Positions 1 to 8,831 of a DNA stretch of 64,000 bases are shown one piece after another; positions within the stretch are counted from its first letter, which is position 1; each line of letters starts with the position of its first letter. Location: NCBI GenBank assembly GCA_964573935.1, contig CAZNLO010000001.1:13571-77570 (forward strand). Direction: 5' to 3'. The position numbers and the translations under genes were made by a program. The DNA is from an uncultured Parvibaculum sp. Lineage in GTDB: Bacteria > Pseudomonadota > Alphaproteobacteria > Parvibaculales > Parvibaculaceae. The notes under the pieces are model-generated. The model saw only the letters and a program-made list of their open reading frames with translations, made no database searches and was not told the origin of the DNA.

Positions 1-239
1 GGAAAAACATCTGTCCCGGACATGTCTTGCTCCTCGTTGCGTGCGGCGCGTATCGGATTTCAGACGCCATTTTTTTCACTATAGGGCGAATGTGGTCAGT
101 TTGTGCCGGTTTTTCCAAGGGCGCTTTACCGTCGGTTAACGGTCTGGTTACTGTGTTATCGGGTTTGGCGTTCACGTTTGCGATCTCAAGGTTTCTTTCA
201 TTGTCGGTGACCATTGTGAGGTGCTGAAGGAAGCCAACA

Positions 240-2432
240 ATGGTGCGCCGTATGGAATTAGGTTCGGGAAAACAGAAGAAAAGGCGTGGGTCCGAGAAGG
301 CCGGGCGCGACCTTGCCCGGCTGTCCGACCACCTGGACAACCCGTCGACGCCCGACCTCGATACGCGCTTTGCCGAAGCGGGCATGGCGTTAATGGCGCA
401 GCAGGGCAATTATGGCATCTGGTTTCGGGATGCAACGAGCGATAGATTTCATCTCACCGCCAATGCGTGTGCGGTGATGGGTGTTACAGAAGAGGCTCGC
501 AATCTTGATGCGTTCCTGGAAAATGTTCATGAAAATGACCGCGGCGACGTGGAGAGGCGGATGCGCACCTATCTGGAGCAGGGTGAGCCATATGACCTGG
601 CCTACCGTGTTTGCCTGCCGGGAGGTGAGGAGCGCTGGATACGGGCGCGTGGTCATATATCGCAGGAAGATTGCGCCCCCTGTCTGATGGCGGGGTCGGT
701 TGAAGATACCACCTATCAGGTAGAGACACTTAACCAGTTGCAGCGAAGTGAGCTGCGGTTCAGGTCTCTTATTGAAAGTGCGCCCTTTTCTGTGTTGATA
801 ACACGGTTGCGTGATCAAAATATCCAGTATCTGAATGAAGAGGCTGAGTACCTGCTTTCCCCGGATGGGGGCGGGGTGGAAAACCTCCACCTTCAAGATG
901 TTGTGCAGGACACGGAAATCTATGCCGCCCTTCTGGAGGATCTTGCTGCCAAGGGGCAAACGCGTGACTATGAAATTCCGCTCAGGCGGGAAGGTGATGC
1001 GCCTGCCTGGGTATCGGTCAAGGGGGCATTGATCGAGTATGATGGAGAGCCATCAGCCTATCTTACTTTTTACGATACGACCGAGCGGCGCATGCTTGAA
1101 GAAAAGCTTCGTGTGCAGGCGACCACTGACCCTCTGACGGGGATGGCAAACCGCACGGAGTTTATGGCACAGCTTGGCTCCAGTATCGCCAACTCAAACC
1201 GTTCCGATGATGGGTTTGCGCTTTTGCTGCTTGACCTCGACAAGTTCAAAACCGTCAACGATTCCCATGGACACGGTACCGGTGACAGGCTTCTAGTTCT
1301 TGCTGCGCAACGGCTTGAGGGCGTGCTGCGTGAGACGGATACGGTGGCCAGGCTCGGCGGTGACGAATTCGCCATTATCGCACGGCATCTCGACAAGACC
1401 CACGGCGTGAGCATTCTGGCCCAGAAAATAGTCGATGTCCTCGGCGAGCCGTTTGATATCGGGCCGTTCAGCACCACTGTTGGTGTGTCGGTTGGGGTGA
1501 CGCATTATCCGTTTGACAAGAGCGATCCAGAAGCCTTGCTGCAACATGCTGACCTTGCTCTTTACCGAGCAAAAGAGGAGGGGCGTGGCCGTTTCCATCT
1601 GTTTGATGAAGCGCTTAGCCGGGCGGTTCATGAACGTATTGAGCTTGAGCGCGACCTGCGTATGGCAATCACTACGGACCAGTTTTTCATCGCCTATCAG
1701 CCGCGCTACGATGCGCGCACCAGAAAACCTGTTGCTGCGGAAGCGCTGGCGCGCTGGCGGCATCCGGACAAGGGGCTGGTGTCTCCCGGCATTTTTATTC
1801 CGCTTGCGGAGGAAACGGGCCTGGTGGTTGAGCTTGGCCGTGTTGTGCTGGACAAGGTGGGGTGTGACATCGCCCGCTGGCGATCTGAAGGCCTTGATAC
1901 CGGCCCGGTCTCTGTCAACATTTCCGCGCTCCATTTTACCAATGCGGATGTTCTTGAAGATGTTCTCCAGACGTTGGAAAAATACAATCTTCCGCCGGAA
2001 TGTTTGCAGGTTGAGGTGACGGAGTCGGCCATGATCGCGGATGAGGAAGCAGCTGCCTCGCAGACCAAAGCGCTGGCGCAGGCTGGTATTATGGTTTTGA
2101 TCGACGATTTCGGGACGGGGTATTCATCGCTTTCCTATCTGCACCGGTTTGCAGCACACGAGCTTAAAATTGATCGCAGTTTTGTCTCCAACATCACGGA
2201 GCCGACCAGCGCAATTCTCGCCCGGCAGATCGTTTCTATTGGCAAATCCCTAGATCTCAAGATTGTTGCGGAAGGGGTTGAAACCGAAGCGCAGGCAGAT
2301 TTCATGACGGCAATCGGTTGTGATGAGCTTCAAGGTTTTCTGCTTTCCAGGCCGATTGAGGCGGATGCTTTTGAAGCGCTTATGCGCAGTGCATCAAGCA
2401 GTTCTGTTGTGGCATTCAAGTCGGAAGCCTAA
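240..2432 (+). CDS. PAS-PAS-GGDEF-EAL diguanylate cyclase/phosphodiesterase
   Basis: 730-aa ORF with PAS-like N-terminus, intact RLGGDEF with RxxD I-site (RETD five residues upstream), EAL (AEALARW) and DDFGTGYSS motifs. Confidence 0.95.
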   Translation: MVRRMELGSGKQKKRRGSEKAGRDLARLSDHLDNPSTPDLDTRFAEAGMALMAQQGNYGIWFRDATSDRFHLTANACAVMGVTEEARNLDAFLENVHENDRGDVERRMRTYLEQGEPYDLAYRVCLPGGEERWIRARGHISQEDCAPCLMAGSVEDTTYQVETLNQLQRSELRFRSLIESAPFSVLITRLRDQNIQYLNEEAEYLLSPDGGGVENLHLQDVVQDTEIYAALLEDLAAKGQTRDYEIPLRREGDAPAWVSVKGALIEYDGEPSAYLTFYDTTERRMLEEKLRVQATTDPLTGMANRTEFMAQLGSSIANSNRSDDGFALLLLDLDKFKTVNDSHGHGTGDRLLVLAAQRLEGVLRETDTVARLGGDEFAIIARHLDKTHGVSILAQKIVDVLGEPFDIGPFSTTVGVSVGVTHYPFDKSDPEALLQHADLALYRAKEEGRGRFHLFDEALSRAVHERIELERDLRMAITTDQFFIAYQPRYDARTRKPVAAEALARWRHPDKGLVSPGIFIPLAEETGLVVELGRVVLDKVGCDIARWRSEGLDTGPVSVNISALHFTNADVLEDVLQTLEKYNLPPECLQVEVTESAMIADEEAAASQTKALAQAGIMVLIDDFGTGYSSLSYLHRFAAHELKIDRSFVSNITEPTSAILARQIVSIGKSLDLKIVAEGVETEAQADFMTAIGCDELQGFLLSRPIEADAFEALMRSASSSSVVAFKSEA

Positions 2433-3673
2433 ACGTCCAGTTCTGAAATTTCTTCTTCACTCAGACCCGCTTCCCGTAAAATCTCCCGATTGTGCTCGCC
2501 GAGCGTGGGTGCGTCGCGACGAACGCTTGCAGGGCTTGCCCCGTAGGTTACGGGATGATTGAGGCTCCAATAGGGGCCTTCTACGGGATGGGTACGTTTT
2601 TCAAACAGGCCAACGGCTTGCAAATGCTTGTCGTTGCGCAGGTCCTTCAGTCTATTTACCCGTGCAAAAGGAATGTCGTTCTGGCCGAGAAGAGCCGCCC
2701 ATTCGTCGGTGGTTCTCTCAATCGTCACGTCTTCCATCAGGGCATAGAGGTGACGGATATTTCGGGTGCGGTTTTCGTAGTCTGAAAAACGTTCGTCTGT
2801 CTCAAACAGATCTGGTTTTCCCGCAAGCGCAAAAAAGTCTCGCCACTGGTTGTCGGAGTAGGGAAGGATCGCGATGTACCCATCCTTGGTTTTGTAGGGT
2901 TTGCGGTCCGGCGCGGTGACACGGACATAGCCAATCGGGCCTGTGGGGGGGTCGTAGACTTCGCCGTAAAGATGTTCAGCCAGGAGGAAGGTCACCATGC
3001 TTTCCATCATGGGGACCTCAACAAACTGGCCCTGATCGGTGCGCTCGCGGTAGACGAGAGCGGCGAGGATCGCGTTGGCCATGAACAGGCCGGTGGTTTT
3101 GTCGGCAATGAGGGTGGGAAAAAAGCGCGGGCGGGGATCTCCGTCCACTTCACTCATCATGGACGCGATGCCGGACACGGCCTGGATCATGTCGTCATAA
3201 GCGGGCCTGCCGCCATAGGGACCAGCCTCTCCGTAGCCTGAGCCGATCACATAGATAATGTCGGGCTTGACAGCCTTCACATCTTCATAAGAGAGCCCGA
3301 GGCGTTTTAGTCCTTCATACCGAACGTTTGCTGTTACCACATCGGCCGTGGCGATGAGCTTCAGGAGGGCGTCGCGCGCCTGCTTCTTTTTCAGGTCAAG
3401 CTGAAGGGAGCGCTTGTTCCGGTTGATGGTGAGAAATATCGGGCCCAGGCCATTTCGTTCACCGGATGGCGGGCTGCCTGCCCACCGCATAATGTCGCCG
3501 CCGTTTGCGTTCTTTGAGCCGGGGCTTTCAACCTTGATAACGTCGGCTCCCAGATCGCCCAGGATTGCGGTGGCATAGGCCCCAAGCACGACGCTTGTCA
3601 GGTCAACAATGCGGATACCGTCGAGGGCTCCTTTGGGAGCGGTCTGGTCTGGTCCGGTTTTTTGGTTGGTCAT
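2429..3673 (-). CDS. CaiB/BaiF family III CoA-transferase
   Basis: LDGIRIVDLT, GADVIKVE, NRNKRS and GEHNREIL motifs; start moved to the ATG at 3673 (MTNQK). Confidence 0.93.
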   Translation of the reverse strand: MTNQKTGPDQTAPKGALDGIRIVDLTSVVLGAYATAILGDLGADVIKVESPGSKNANGGDIMRWAGSPPSGERNGLGPIFLTINRNKRSLQLDLKKKQARDALLKLIATADVVTANVRYEGLKRLGLSYEDVKAVKPDIIYVIGSGYGEAGPYGGRPAYDDMIQAVSGIASMMSEVDGDPRPRFFPTLIADKTTGLFMANAILAALVYRERTDQGQFVEVPMMESMVTFLLAEHLYGEVYDPPTGPIGYVRVTAPDRKPYKTKDGYIAILPYSDNQWRDFFALAGKPDLFETDERFSDYENRTRNIRHLYALMEDVTIERTTDEWAALLGQNDIPFARVNRLKDLRNDKHLQAVGLFEKRTHPVEGPYWSLNHPVTYGASPASVRRDAPTLGEHNREILREAGLSEEEISELDV

Positions 3674-3793
3674 GGCGCGCGCTTTTCTTTGGTTTCGTGT
3701 CTCGTTTGTTTGGGGGGCGAATGGTAGGAAGCGACTTTCGGCTGGCTTTGTGAGCTTCCATCGCCAAGAATGGGAGACGTGAAAGGACATACT

Positions 3794-4540
3794 ATGCACC
3801 TCCAAACATCGAGCTGGCCGGAAGTTGACGCCTATCTTGAGCGCTCAAAAGCTATCGTTATTCCCATTGGGTCAACGGAACAACATGGACCCAACGGTCT
3901 TATAGGTACGGATGCGATTTGTCCCGAGGTGATTGCGTCGCACGCAGCCACACAGACCGACATGATGATCGCCCCAACGTTTAACGTCGGATGCGCACAA
4001 CATCACATGGCGTTTGCAGGTTCCATGACACTTCGCCCGTCGACCATGATCGCCGTTATTTATGACTGGGTGTTGTCGCTCGGCCAACACGGGTTTGACC
4101 GGATCTACTTTTTCAACGGGCACGGCGGCAACATCTCAACCATACAGGCTGCCTTTGCGGAGATTTATGCGGACCGCTCTCTGGCACGCGATGGTGCTAA
4201 CCGGGGGGCGGTGAAATGCAAGCTCGTCAACTGGTGGGACTTTAAGCCGGTGTACAAATACTGCATGGACAGATACGGGGAAGCCCACGGTGGCCATGCA
4301 ACGCCGTCCGAAGTGGCGATCACCCAGTATGCTTATCCGCAGGCGACCAAACAGGTGGAGATGCACCCGAAGATCGCGCCTGGCGGCCGATTTACGGATG
4401 CGGAGGACTACCGGGCGAAGTTTCCAGACGGACGTATCGGGTCCGACCCTTCGCTCGCCGACCCAAAAGATGGAGAGAAGCTGGTGGCGTTATCGGCTGA
4501 AGGGTTGGTTGAAGACTTCAAAGCGTTCGCGGTGTCTTGA
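3794..4540 (+). CDS. Creatininase/creatinine amidohydrolase family protein
   Basis: IPIGSTEQHG, GTD, NGHGGN and HA..SE metal motifs; AGGA RBS before ATG 3794. Confidence 0.9.
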   Translation: MHLQTSSWPEVDAYLERSKAIVIPIGSTEQHGPNGLIGTDAICPEVIASHAATQTDMMIAPTFNVGCAQHHMAFAGSMTLRPSTMIAVIYDWVLSLGQHGFDRIYFFNGHGGNISTIQAAFAEIYADRSLARDGANRGAVKCKLVNWWDFKPVYKYCMDRYGEAHGGHATPSEVAITQYAYPQATKQVEMHPKIAPGGRFTDAEDYRAKFPDGRIGSDPSLADPKDGEKLVALSAEGLVEDFKAFAVS

Positions 4541-4551
4541 GGGTTTGTTTG

Positions 4552-4950
4552 TCATATTTGCTCTGCCAGGCTGATTTCGTTTCCGTCAATCCTGATGGCA
4601 AGGGGTATCAGGCTTTTGCCTGCACAGGGGCCGCTGGTGCAAAATCCGTCGCCCAAGTTGAAGCGTGCGCCGTGGGTTGTGCAGAGGATCTGATCTTTCG
4701 CCTGGGTCAGAAACCTGTCGGGGAACGTCTCAAGGGGCGTGAAGGCATGGGGACAGGCGTTCACGTAAGCGACCACACCATCTGCTGTCCTGACCACGAA
4801 CATGTCGAACAGCTCTGCGCCTGATCCGAACGTAAAACCTTTTGCACCGGGATTTTCGACATCATTCAGCTTGCACACGAAAGTTCCGGCTGGGGGCGTT
4901 CTGGCAAGCCAGGTGTTGCGTCTGCGTGCGCTATCGGAGGTTTCGCTCAT
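4552..4950 (-). CDS. Rieske [2Fe-2S] ferredoxin-like protein
   Basis: CPH and CTTH Rieske ligand motifs. Confidence 0.9.
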   Translation of the reverse strand: MSETSDSARRRNTWLARTPPAGTFVCKLNDVENPGAKGFTFGSGAELFDMFVVRTADGVVAYVNACPHAFTPLETFPDRFLTQAKDQILCTTHGARFNLGDGFCTSGPCAGKSLIPLAIRIDGNEISLAEQI

Positions 4951-4951
4951 C

Positions 4952-5389
4952 TCATGGTTTGGCCGTGGGGGCTTTTTTCAGGCCTCCCATTTTGCAGATG
5001 CGTTTCCATTCGCCTGCGGTTACCGGCTGAACGGAGAGCCTGGAATTGTTGACGAGAACCATGTCGGAAAGCGCGTCGGTGTCTTTTACATCCTGAAGGG
5101 TGACGGGCTTGGGAAGCGCCTCTACAGCTTCAATGTCCACCATGCCAAAGCGCTCTTTGGGGTCCGTGTGATCTGGATAATGTTCCTTGATGATGCGGAC
5201 TATGCCGACCACGGACTTTTCATCGACGGAGTGATAGAAAAACCCCAGGTCGCCAATCTTCATGGCCTTCATATTATTGTTGGCCTGATGGTTGCGCACG
5301 CCATCCCAGTGCTCGCCCCTGGAGCCGCGCTTGACCTGATCGGTCCAGTCCCAGGTGCCGGGTTCGGTTTTGAAAAGCCAGTACGCCAT
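4952..5389 (-). CDS. EVE domain protein
   Basis: YWLFKTEP, WDGVRNHQA, FFYHS and RLSVQPV motifs. Confidence 0.95.
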   Translation of the reverse strand: MAYWLFKTEPGTWDWTDQVKRGSRGEHWDGVRNHQANNNMKAMKIGDLGFFYHSVDEKSVVGIVRIIKEHYPDHTDPKERFGMVDIEAVEALPKPVTLQDVKDTDALSDMVLVNNSRLSVQPVTAGEWKRICKMGGLKKAPTAKP

Positions 5390-5497
5390 GGGGTATTCCG
5401 TTCGTGCTGTGTGCTCTCAGTCCTTCTCCTGCATTGCCAGTGAGCATAGAGCGTTGGGAGAGGGACAGGTGGATACTACCTCGAATTGGATATTGCC

Positions 5498-5526
5498 TTG
5501 CAATCGTTCAATACGAACCTTACATT
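5498..5526 (+). promoter_or_regulatory. Putative sigma70 promoter of the Coq4-like gene
   Basis: TTGCAA-N17-TACATT about 60 nt upstream of ATG 5587. Confidence 0.45.
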
Positions 5527-5586
5527 TAAGCCAGTTGATTTAACTCGATTGCGAGTGTCTGGTTTTTAACAGATAGGACCGTTGCG

Positions 5587-6054
5587 ATGTTCCAGGGATA
5601 TGCTCAGTTTCAAGATTCGGCTTGTGATCTTACTCTGGCTCAGGGGCTGGACGAGTTTTACGGGCTCAATGCCGCGAAATTCTCCAAGCCGACCCCTGAC
5701 CTAGCTTCGTTCAAAATGTTGGCAGCGCATGACGCCTGCCATGTTCTATTTGGTGTCAATACGTCGCCGAGAGAAGAAGCCTATGGAGATGCGTGGACGG
5801 TATTTGGCACAACGGTGATGTGGAAAGATTATATCGAGTTTTCCGAAAACGGTGGTGCGGCGGAATTACTTGAGGGTGTTGACATCCACGCCGCCATCGG
5901 GGGGTACTTCAAGGCTGGCCTTGGCGTCCTAAAGATATTTTTCAGGACGCGGACCATGACAAAAAAGTGGGATATGTGGGCATTCGAAAACCGCCTGAAC
6001 GACCGGCTGGTCGATTTGAGAAAAGAATTTGGTGTGAAAATTCTTGTTCCCTGA
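5587..6054 (+). CDS. Coq4-like small metalloprotein
   Basis: HDACH-x11-E matches the Coq4 HDxxH-x11-E motif; C-terminal DLRKEFGV; lies antisense inside the yciI-EVE run. Confidence 0.65.
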   Translation: MFQGYAQFQDSACDLTLAQGLDEFYGLNAAKFSKPTPDLASFKMLAAHDACHVLFGVNTSPREEAYGDAWTVFGTTVMWKDYIEFSENGGAAELLEGVDIHAAIGGYFKAGLGVLKIFFRTRTMTKKWDMWAFENRLNDRLVDLRKEFGVKILVP

Positions 6055-6087
6055 CCCTTTCTGTTTTCTAGTGTGCACCAGCTATTG

Positions 6088-6366
6088 TCAGCCCTTCAGC
6101 AGCCATTTCCAGGCGCGGCATTCGCGCGTGCCAAAAAGACCGGCTTTTACATAAGGGTCTTCGTCGGCGAGTTTTTGTGCGGTGGCGCGGTCTGTCACGT
6201 CGATCACCAGCATTGAGCCTTCAAGCCGTTCGCCGTCATCGGAGATGAAGGGGCCGCCTAGTTTTACCGCGCCGGTCTCGCCCCAATAAGTGAGGTGTGC
6301 GTCACGATTGGCCATGCGCAGGTCAAGGGCGTCCGGCTTGTCGATGCCGATAATACAAAAAAGCAT
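6088..6366 (-). CDS. YciI family protein
   Basis: R..NRDAHL, GGP, GSMLVI and ADEDPY motifs. Confidence 0.92.
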   Translation of the reverse strand: MLFCIIGIDKPDALDLRMANRDAHLTYWGETGAVKLGGPFISDDGERLEGSMLVIDVTDRATAQKLADEDPYVKAGLFGTRECRAWKWLLKG

Positions 6367-6387
6367 GTGAGGGTCCTTGGTGTCGTT

Positions 6388-7386
6388 TTACAGTTCTGTG
6401 GTGAAAGGGCGGGCGAGCAAAGATGTGATGGCGTCATCAACGGACCGGGCACCGGTGACAATATCGGCAACGGCTTCGCAAATGGGCATATCGAGATGGC
6501 GGTCCGCAGCGATCTTGCGCACAGCGGTGGCGGTATAGACCCCTTCGGCAACATTGTTGCGGGCGGCCAGTATGGCGTCGAGTTTCTCGCCTGCGCCTAA
6601 TGCCCGGCCAAGCGACATGTTGCGGCTTTGCAGACTGGTACAAGTCAAGATGAGGTCGCCCAGACCTGACAGGCCGGCCATGGTTTCGCGCGCCGCCCCA
6701 AGGGAGGTGCCGAACCGGGTCATTTCGGCAAAACCTCTGGCGGTCAGGGCTGCGCGGGCGCTTTCGCCAAATTCTTTGCCGTCGGTAATGCCACAGGCAA
6801 TGGCGAGGACGTTTTTTATGGCACCGCCGATCTGTGCGCCGATCACATCCGGTGACCAGTAGGGCCGGAAGGTTGGTGAGCCGATAGCTTCCACCAGATG
6901 TTTGGCCGCCTCTTCTTCCTGACAGGCAAAAGTGAGGGCGGTGGGCAGCCCCCGGGCAACGTCGGCGGCGAAGCTTGGGCCAGACAGGATCGCGGGAACG
7001 GCGTGGGGAAGGGCTTCTTTCAGTACATCGCTCATGAGCTTGCCTGAGGTCTGCTCAATTCCTTTGGCACAGATGGCCACCAAAGCACCCTTTGGCAGGA
7101 CTGGGCTCAGGCTTTTTGCCACCGAGCGCAGGTGCTGCGCCGGGCAGGCCAGCAGGCAGGCGTCGAGACCAACAAGGTTGGCTACATCTGTTGTGGCTTT
7201 GATTTTGGGGTCAAGTGAGATGCCGGGCAGAAAAGTGGTGTTTTCATGGGCCGTGTTGATGCTTTCGGCCACCGAAGGCTCATGGACCCACATCAGGACG
7301 TCGAGATCTGCGCGGGCAGCGACGGTAGCGAGAGCCGTTCCCCAGGCGCCACCGCCAACAACGGTCATGGTCTGTATGGAGGTCAC
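6388..7386 (-). CDS. gpsA: NAD(P)H-dependent glycerol-3-phosphate dehydrogenase
   Basis: GGGAWGTALA, KGIE, SGPSFA, KNVLAIACG, GLGDLILTC and SRN motifs; GTG start at 7386 after a GAGGGAG RBS. Confidence 0.96.
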   Translation of the reverse strand: MTSIQTMTVVGGGAWGTALATVAARADLDVLMWVHEPSVAESINTAHENTTFLPGISLDPKIKATTDVANLVGLDACLLACPAQHLRSVAKSLSPVLPKGALVAICAKGIEQTSGKLMSDVLKEALPHAVPAILSGPSFAADVARGLPTALTFACQEEEAAKHLVEAIGSPTFRPYWSPDVIGAQIGGAIKNVLAIACGITDGKEFGESARAALTARGFAEMTRFGTSLGAARETMAGLSGLGDLILTCTSLQSRNMSLGRALGAGEKLDAILAARNNVAEGVYTATAVRKIAADRHLDMPICEAVADIVTGARSVDDAITSLLARPFTTEL

Positions 7387-7493
7387 GGGTTTCAGGTCTC
7401 CCTCGGGGGTTGGTGCGGTGCAGCAAATACTTCGCAAGTGCGAACTTTGAACGTTTCGTTGATTATTCACTGGGGCGCTCTACACTGCTTACC

Positions 7494-8075
7494 ATGACCA
7501 CCACCGAGTGTACGCGCGAAAAAATTATAGAGGCGGCGCGCGACCGCTTCACCCATTATGGGTATGGCAAGACCACGATGGCCGAGCTGGCCTGTGATTG
7601 CGCGATGTCATCAGGCAATCTCTATCGGTTTTTCCCGGGCAAGCTGGATATTGCCGAGGAGATTTGTCGCCGGGCCTCCATTCAGACAGCCCAGGAACTC
7701 AATGCAGTTCTGGAGGGGCGAGATCGACCGGCGGCAGACCGGCTCCGGGAATTTCTGTTTCAGGATTTGGCGTCCACGTTCGAGGCTCTGGAAGATAACC
7801 CCCGGATTGTTGAGCTGGCGCAGCTCATTACAACGCAGCGCCCGGATTTCCACAATGAGGGGTTGGTGCGGGAACGCGAAGTGCTGGCGCGGATCGTGTC
7901 GATGGGGTTGGAAAGCGGTGAGTTTCAGGTCGATGACCCGGTTCAGTCCGCTGAGACGATCCAGGCTGTGACCATGAAGTTTTCCTATCCCCAGCTATTC
8001 AGCCGATTGAGCCTGGAAGAGCTCAAAAAGGAGCTGGATGGCGTTTATCGGCTTATTGTCCGGGGGCTGCGCTAG
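7494..8075 (+). CDS. TetR/AcrR family transcriptional regulator
   Basis: N-terminal HTH IIEAARDRFTHYGYGKTTMAELA...GNLYRFFPGK; start moved to ATG 7494. Confidence 0.92.
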   Translation: MTTTECTREKIIEAARDRFTHYGYGKTTMAELACDCAMSSGNLYRFFPGKLDIAEEICRRASIQTAQELNAVLEGRDRPAADRLREFLFQDLASTFEALEDNPRIVELAQLITTQRPDFHNEGLVREREVLARIVSMGLESGEFQVDDPVQSAETIQAVTMKFSYPQLFSRLSLEELKKELDGVYRLIVRGLR

Positions 8076-8211
8076 GGGAGCGTCTGGGTGTGTACCGGGC
8101 GGCTTTGTACCTAATGTATTGATTTCAAACAAGGAAATTATATTCCGGGCTGTTCCGCCCTGCCACGGGTGCGACATTTTGGTGAATAATGAATTATTTT
8201 TATTTCATTCA

Positions 8212-8239
8212 TTGTTTTTATTTCAGGGCTCCCTATATT
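8212..8239 (+). promoter_or_regulatory. Putative sigma70 promoter of the sORF/sRNA locus
   Basis: TTGTTT-N16-TATATT (contains CTATAT) in an AT-rich tract; perfect AATAAT-GA-ATTATT palindrome at 8185-8198. Confidence 0.4.
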
Positions 8240-8314
8240 GCAAGTATGGACACGCGGATAAAGCCTTGAAGCGGGTCCGACAAAAGTAGATTTGACGATC
8301 AAATGGAGTATCCC

Positions 8315-8428
8315 ATGACTTATGTAGCCTCAAGACTGGCCCTCGGTCCTCTCTTTATCAGCTCCCTCGCGCTGGGGCTCTATGGTGTGGGTCTGATGCT
8401 CCAGATCACTGGTCAATACGTCTACTAA
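8315..8428 (+). CDS. Small hydrophobic protein 1 (37 aa, MTYVASRLALGPLFISSLALGLYGVGLMLQITGQYVY)
   Basis: Below the ORF-track cutoff; GGAG RBS at 8305-8308, ATG 8315, TAA 8426-8428; one hydrophobic helix. Confidence 0.6.
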   Translation: MTYVASRLALGPLFISSLALGLYGVGLMLQITGQYVY

Positions 8429-8484
8429 GAGACTTTCCTTTCCTCATCCCCCTCTAGTCCCCTCGAAAATTCCCAGGTGTTCCC

Positions 8485-8598
8485 ATGTCTTTTAGAAAAA
8501 TGACCTCAACGTTTCAGCGTTTCAGCGTAGGTGCTGTCACCACCGCTCTTTCTGCCTACGCCGCCCTTCTGGTGGCACAGGCCAGCCAGATAATCTAA
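8485..8598 (+). CDS. Small hydrophobic protein 2 (37 aa, MSFRKMTSTFQRFSVGAVTTALSAYAALLVAQASQII)
   Basis: AGGTG at 8475-8479, ATG 8485 (in-frame alternative ATG 8500), TAA 8596-8598; basic N-terminus then hydrophobic helix. Confidence 0.55.
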   Translation: MSFRKMTSTFQRFSVGAVTTALSAYAALLVAQASQII

Positions 8599-8607
8599 CA
8601 AAGCCTA

Positions 8608-8675
8608 CCCGGGCTTTCCCTCCCTCCCTCCCTCGAGAGCCCGGGCTTTGCCATAAGTGTCCCCCCGCTTGTGGC
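8608..8675 (+). ncRNA. Cuckoo-like (anti-SD) hairpin module
   Basis: 11-bp stem 8608-8618/8635-8645 with loop CCTCCCTCCCTCCCTC; 8-bp stem 8650-8657/8668-8675 with loop TGTCCCCCCG. Confidence 0.55.
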
Positions 8676-8680
8676 ACACT

Positions 8681-8713
8681 GAGACGTCGGCTTCTGCCGG
8701 CGTCTCTTTTTTT
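8681..8713 (+). terminator. Rho-independent terminator
   Basis: GAGACGTCGGC/GCCGGCGTCTC stem followed by T7. Confidence 0.85.
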
Positions 8714-8717
8714 ATGC

Positions 8718-8761
8718 GCGGACCCGAACGTAAAACCGCTGCGCACTTTTACTGGGTCCGC
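8718..8761. repeat. Short palindromic intergenic element (Rhizobiales REP/RIME-like)
   Basis: GCGGACCC...GGGTCCGC outer stem enclosing AAAACCGCTGCGCACTTTT, the core I recall from this repeat family. Confidence 0.7.
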
Positions 8762-8831
8762 TTGTTTGTCCGTGCGGACCGGCGCGGAGAACTGCGGCCA
8801 ACTTTGGATTTGGCGCCTGGGTGAGTGGGCG

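Noticed and set aside
76-91. TCACTATAGGGCGAAT matches the T7 promoter/vector junction; similar strings at 11793-11809 and 40508-40521
   Set aside because: The upstream TAATACGAC is absent and the flanks are continuous genomic DNA. The shared core is a TATAGT -10 box; at argG it pairs with TTGCGA-N16. Not vector contamination.
8119-8132. TTGAT-TTCA-AACAA, a one-mismatch FNR/FixK box
   Set aside because: About 110 nt upstream of the predicted -10, a poor fit to class II geometry; such matches are common in AT-rich DNA.
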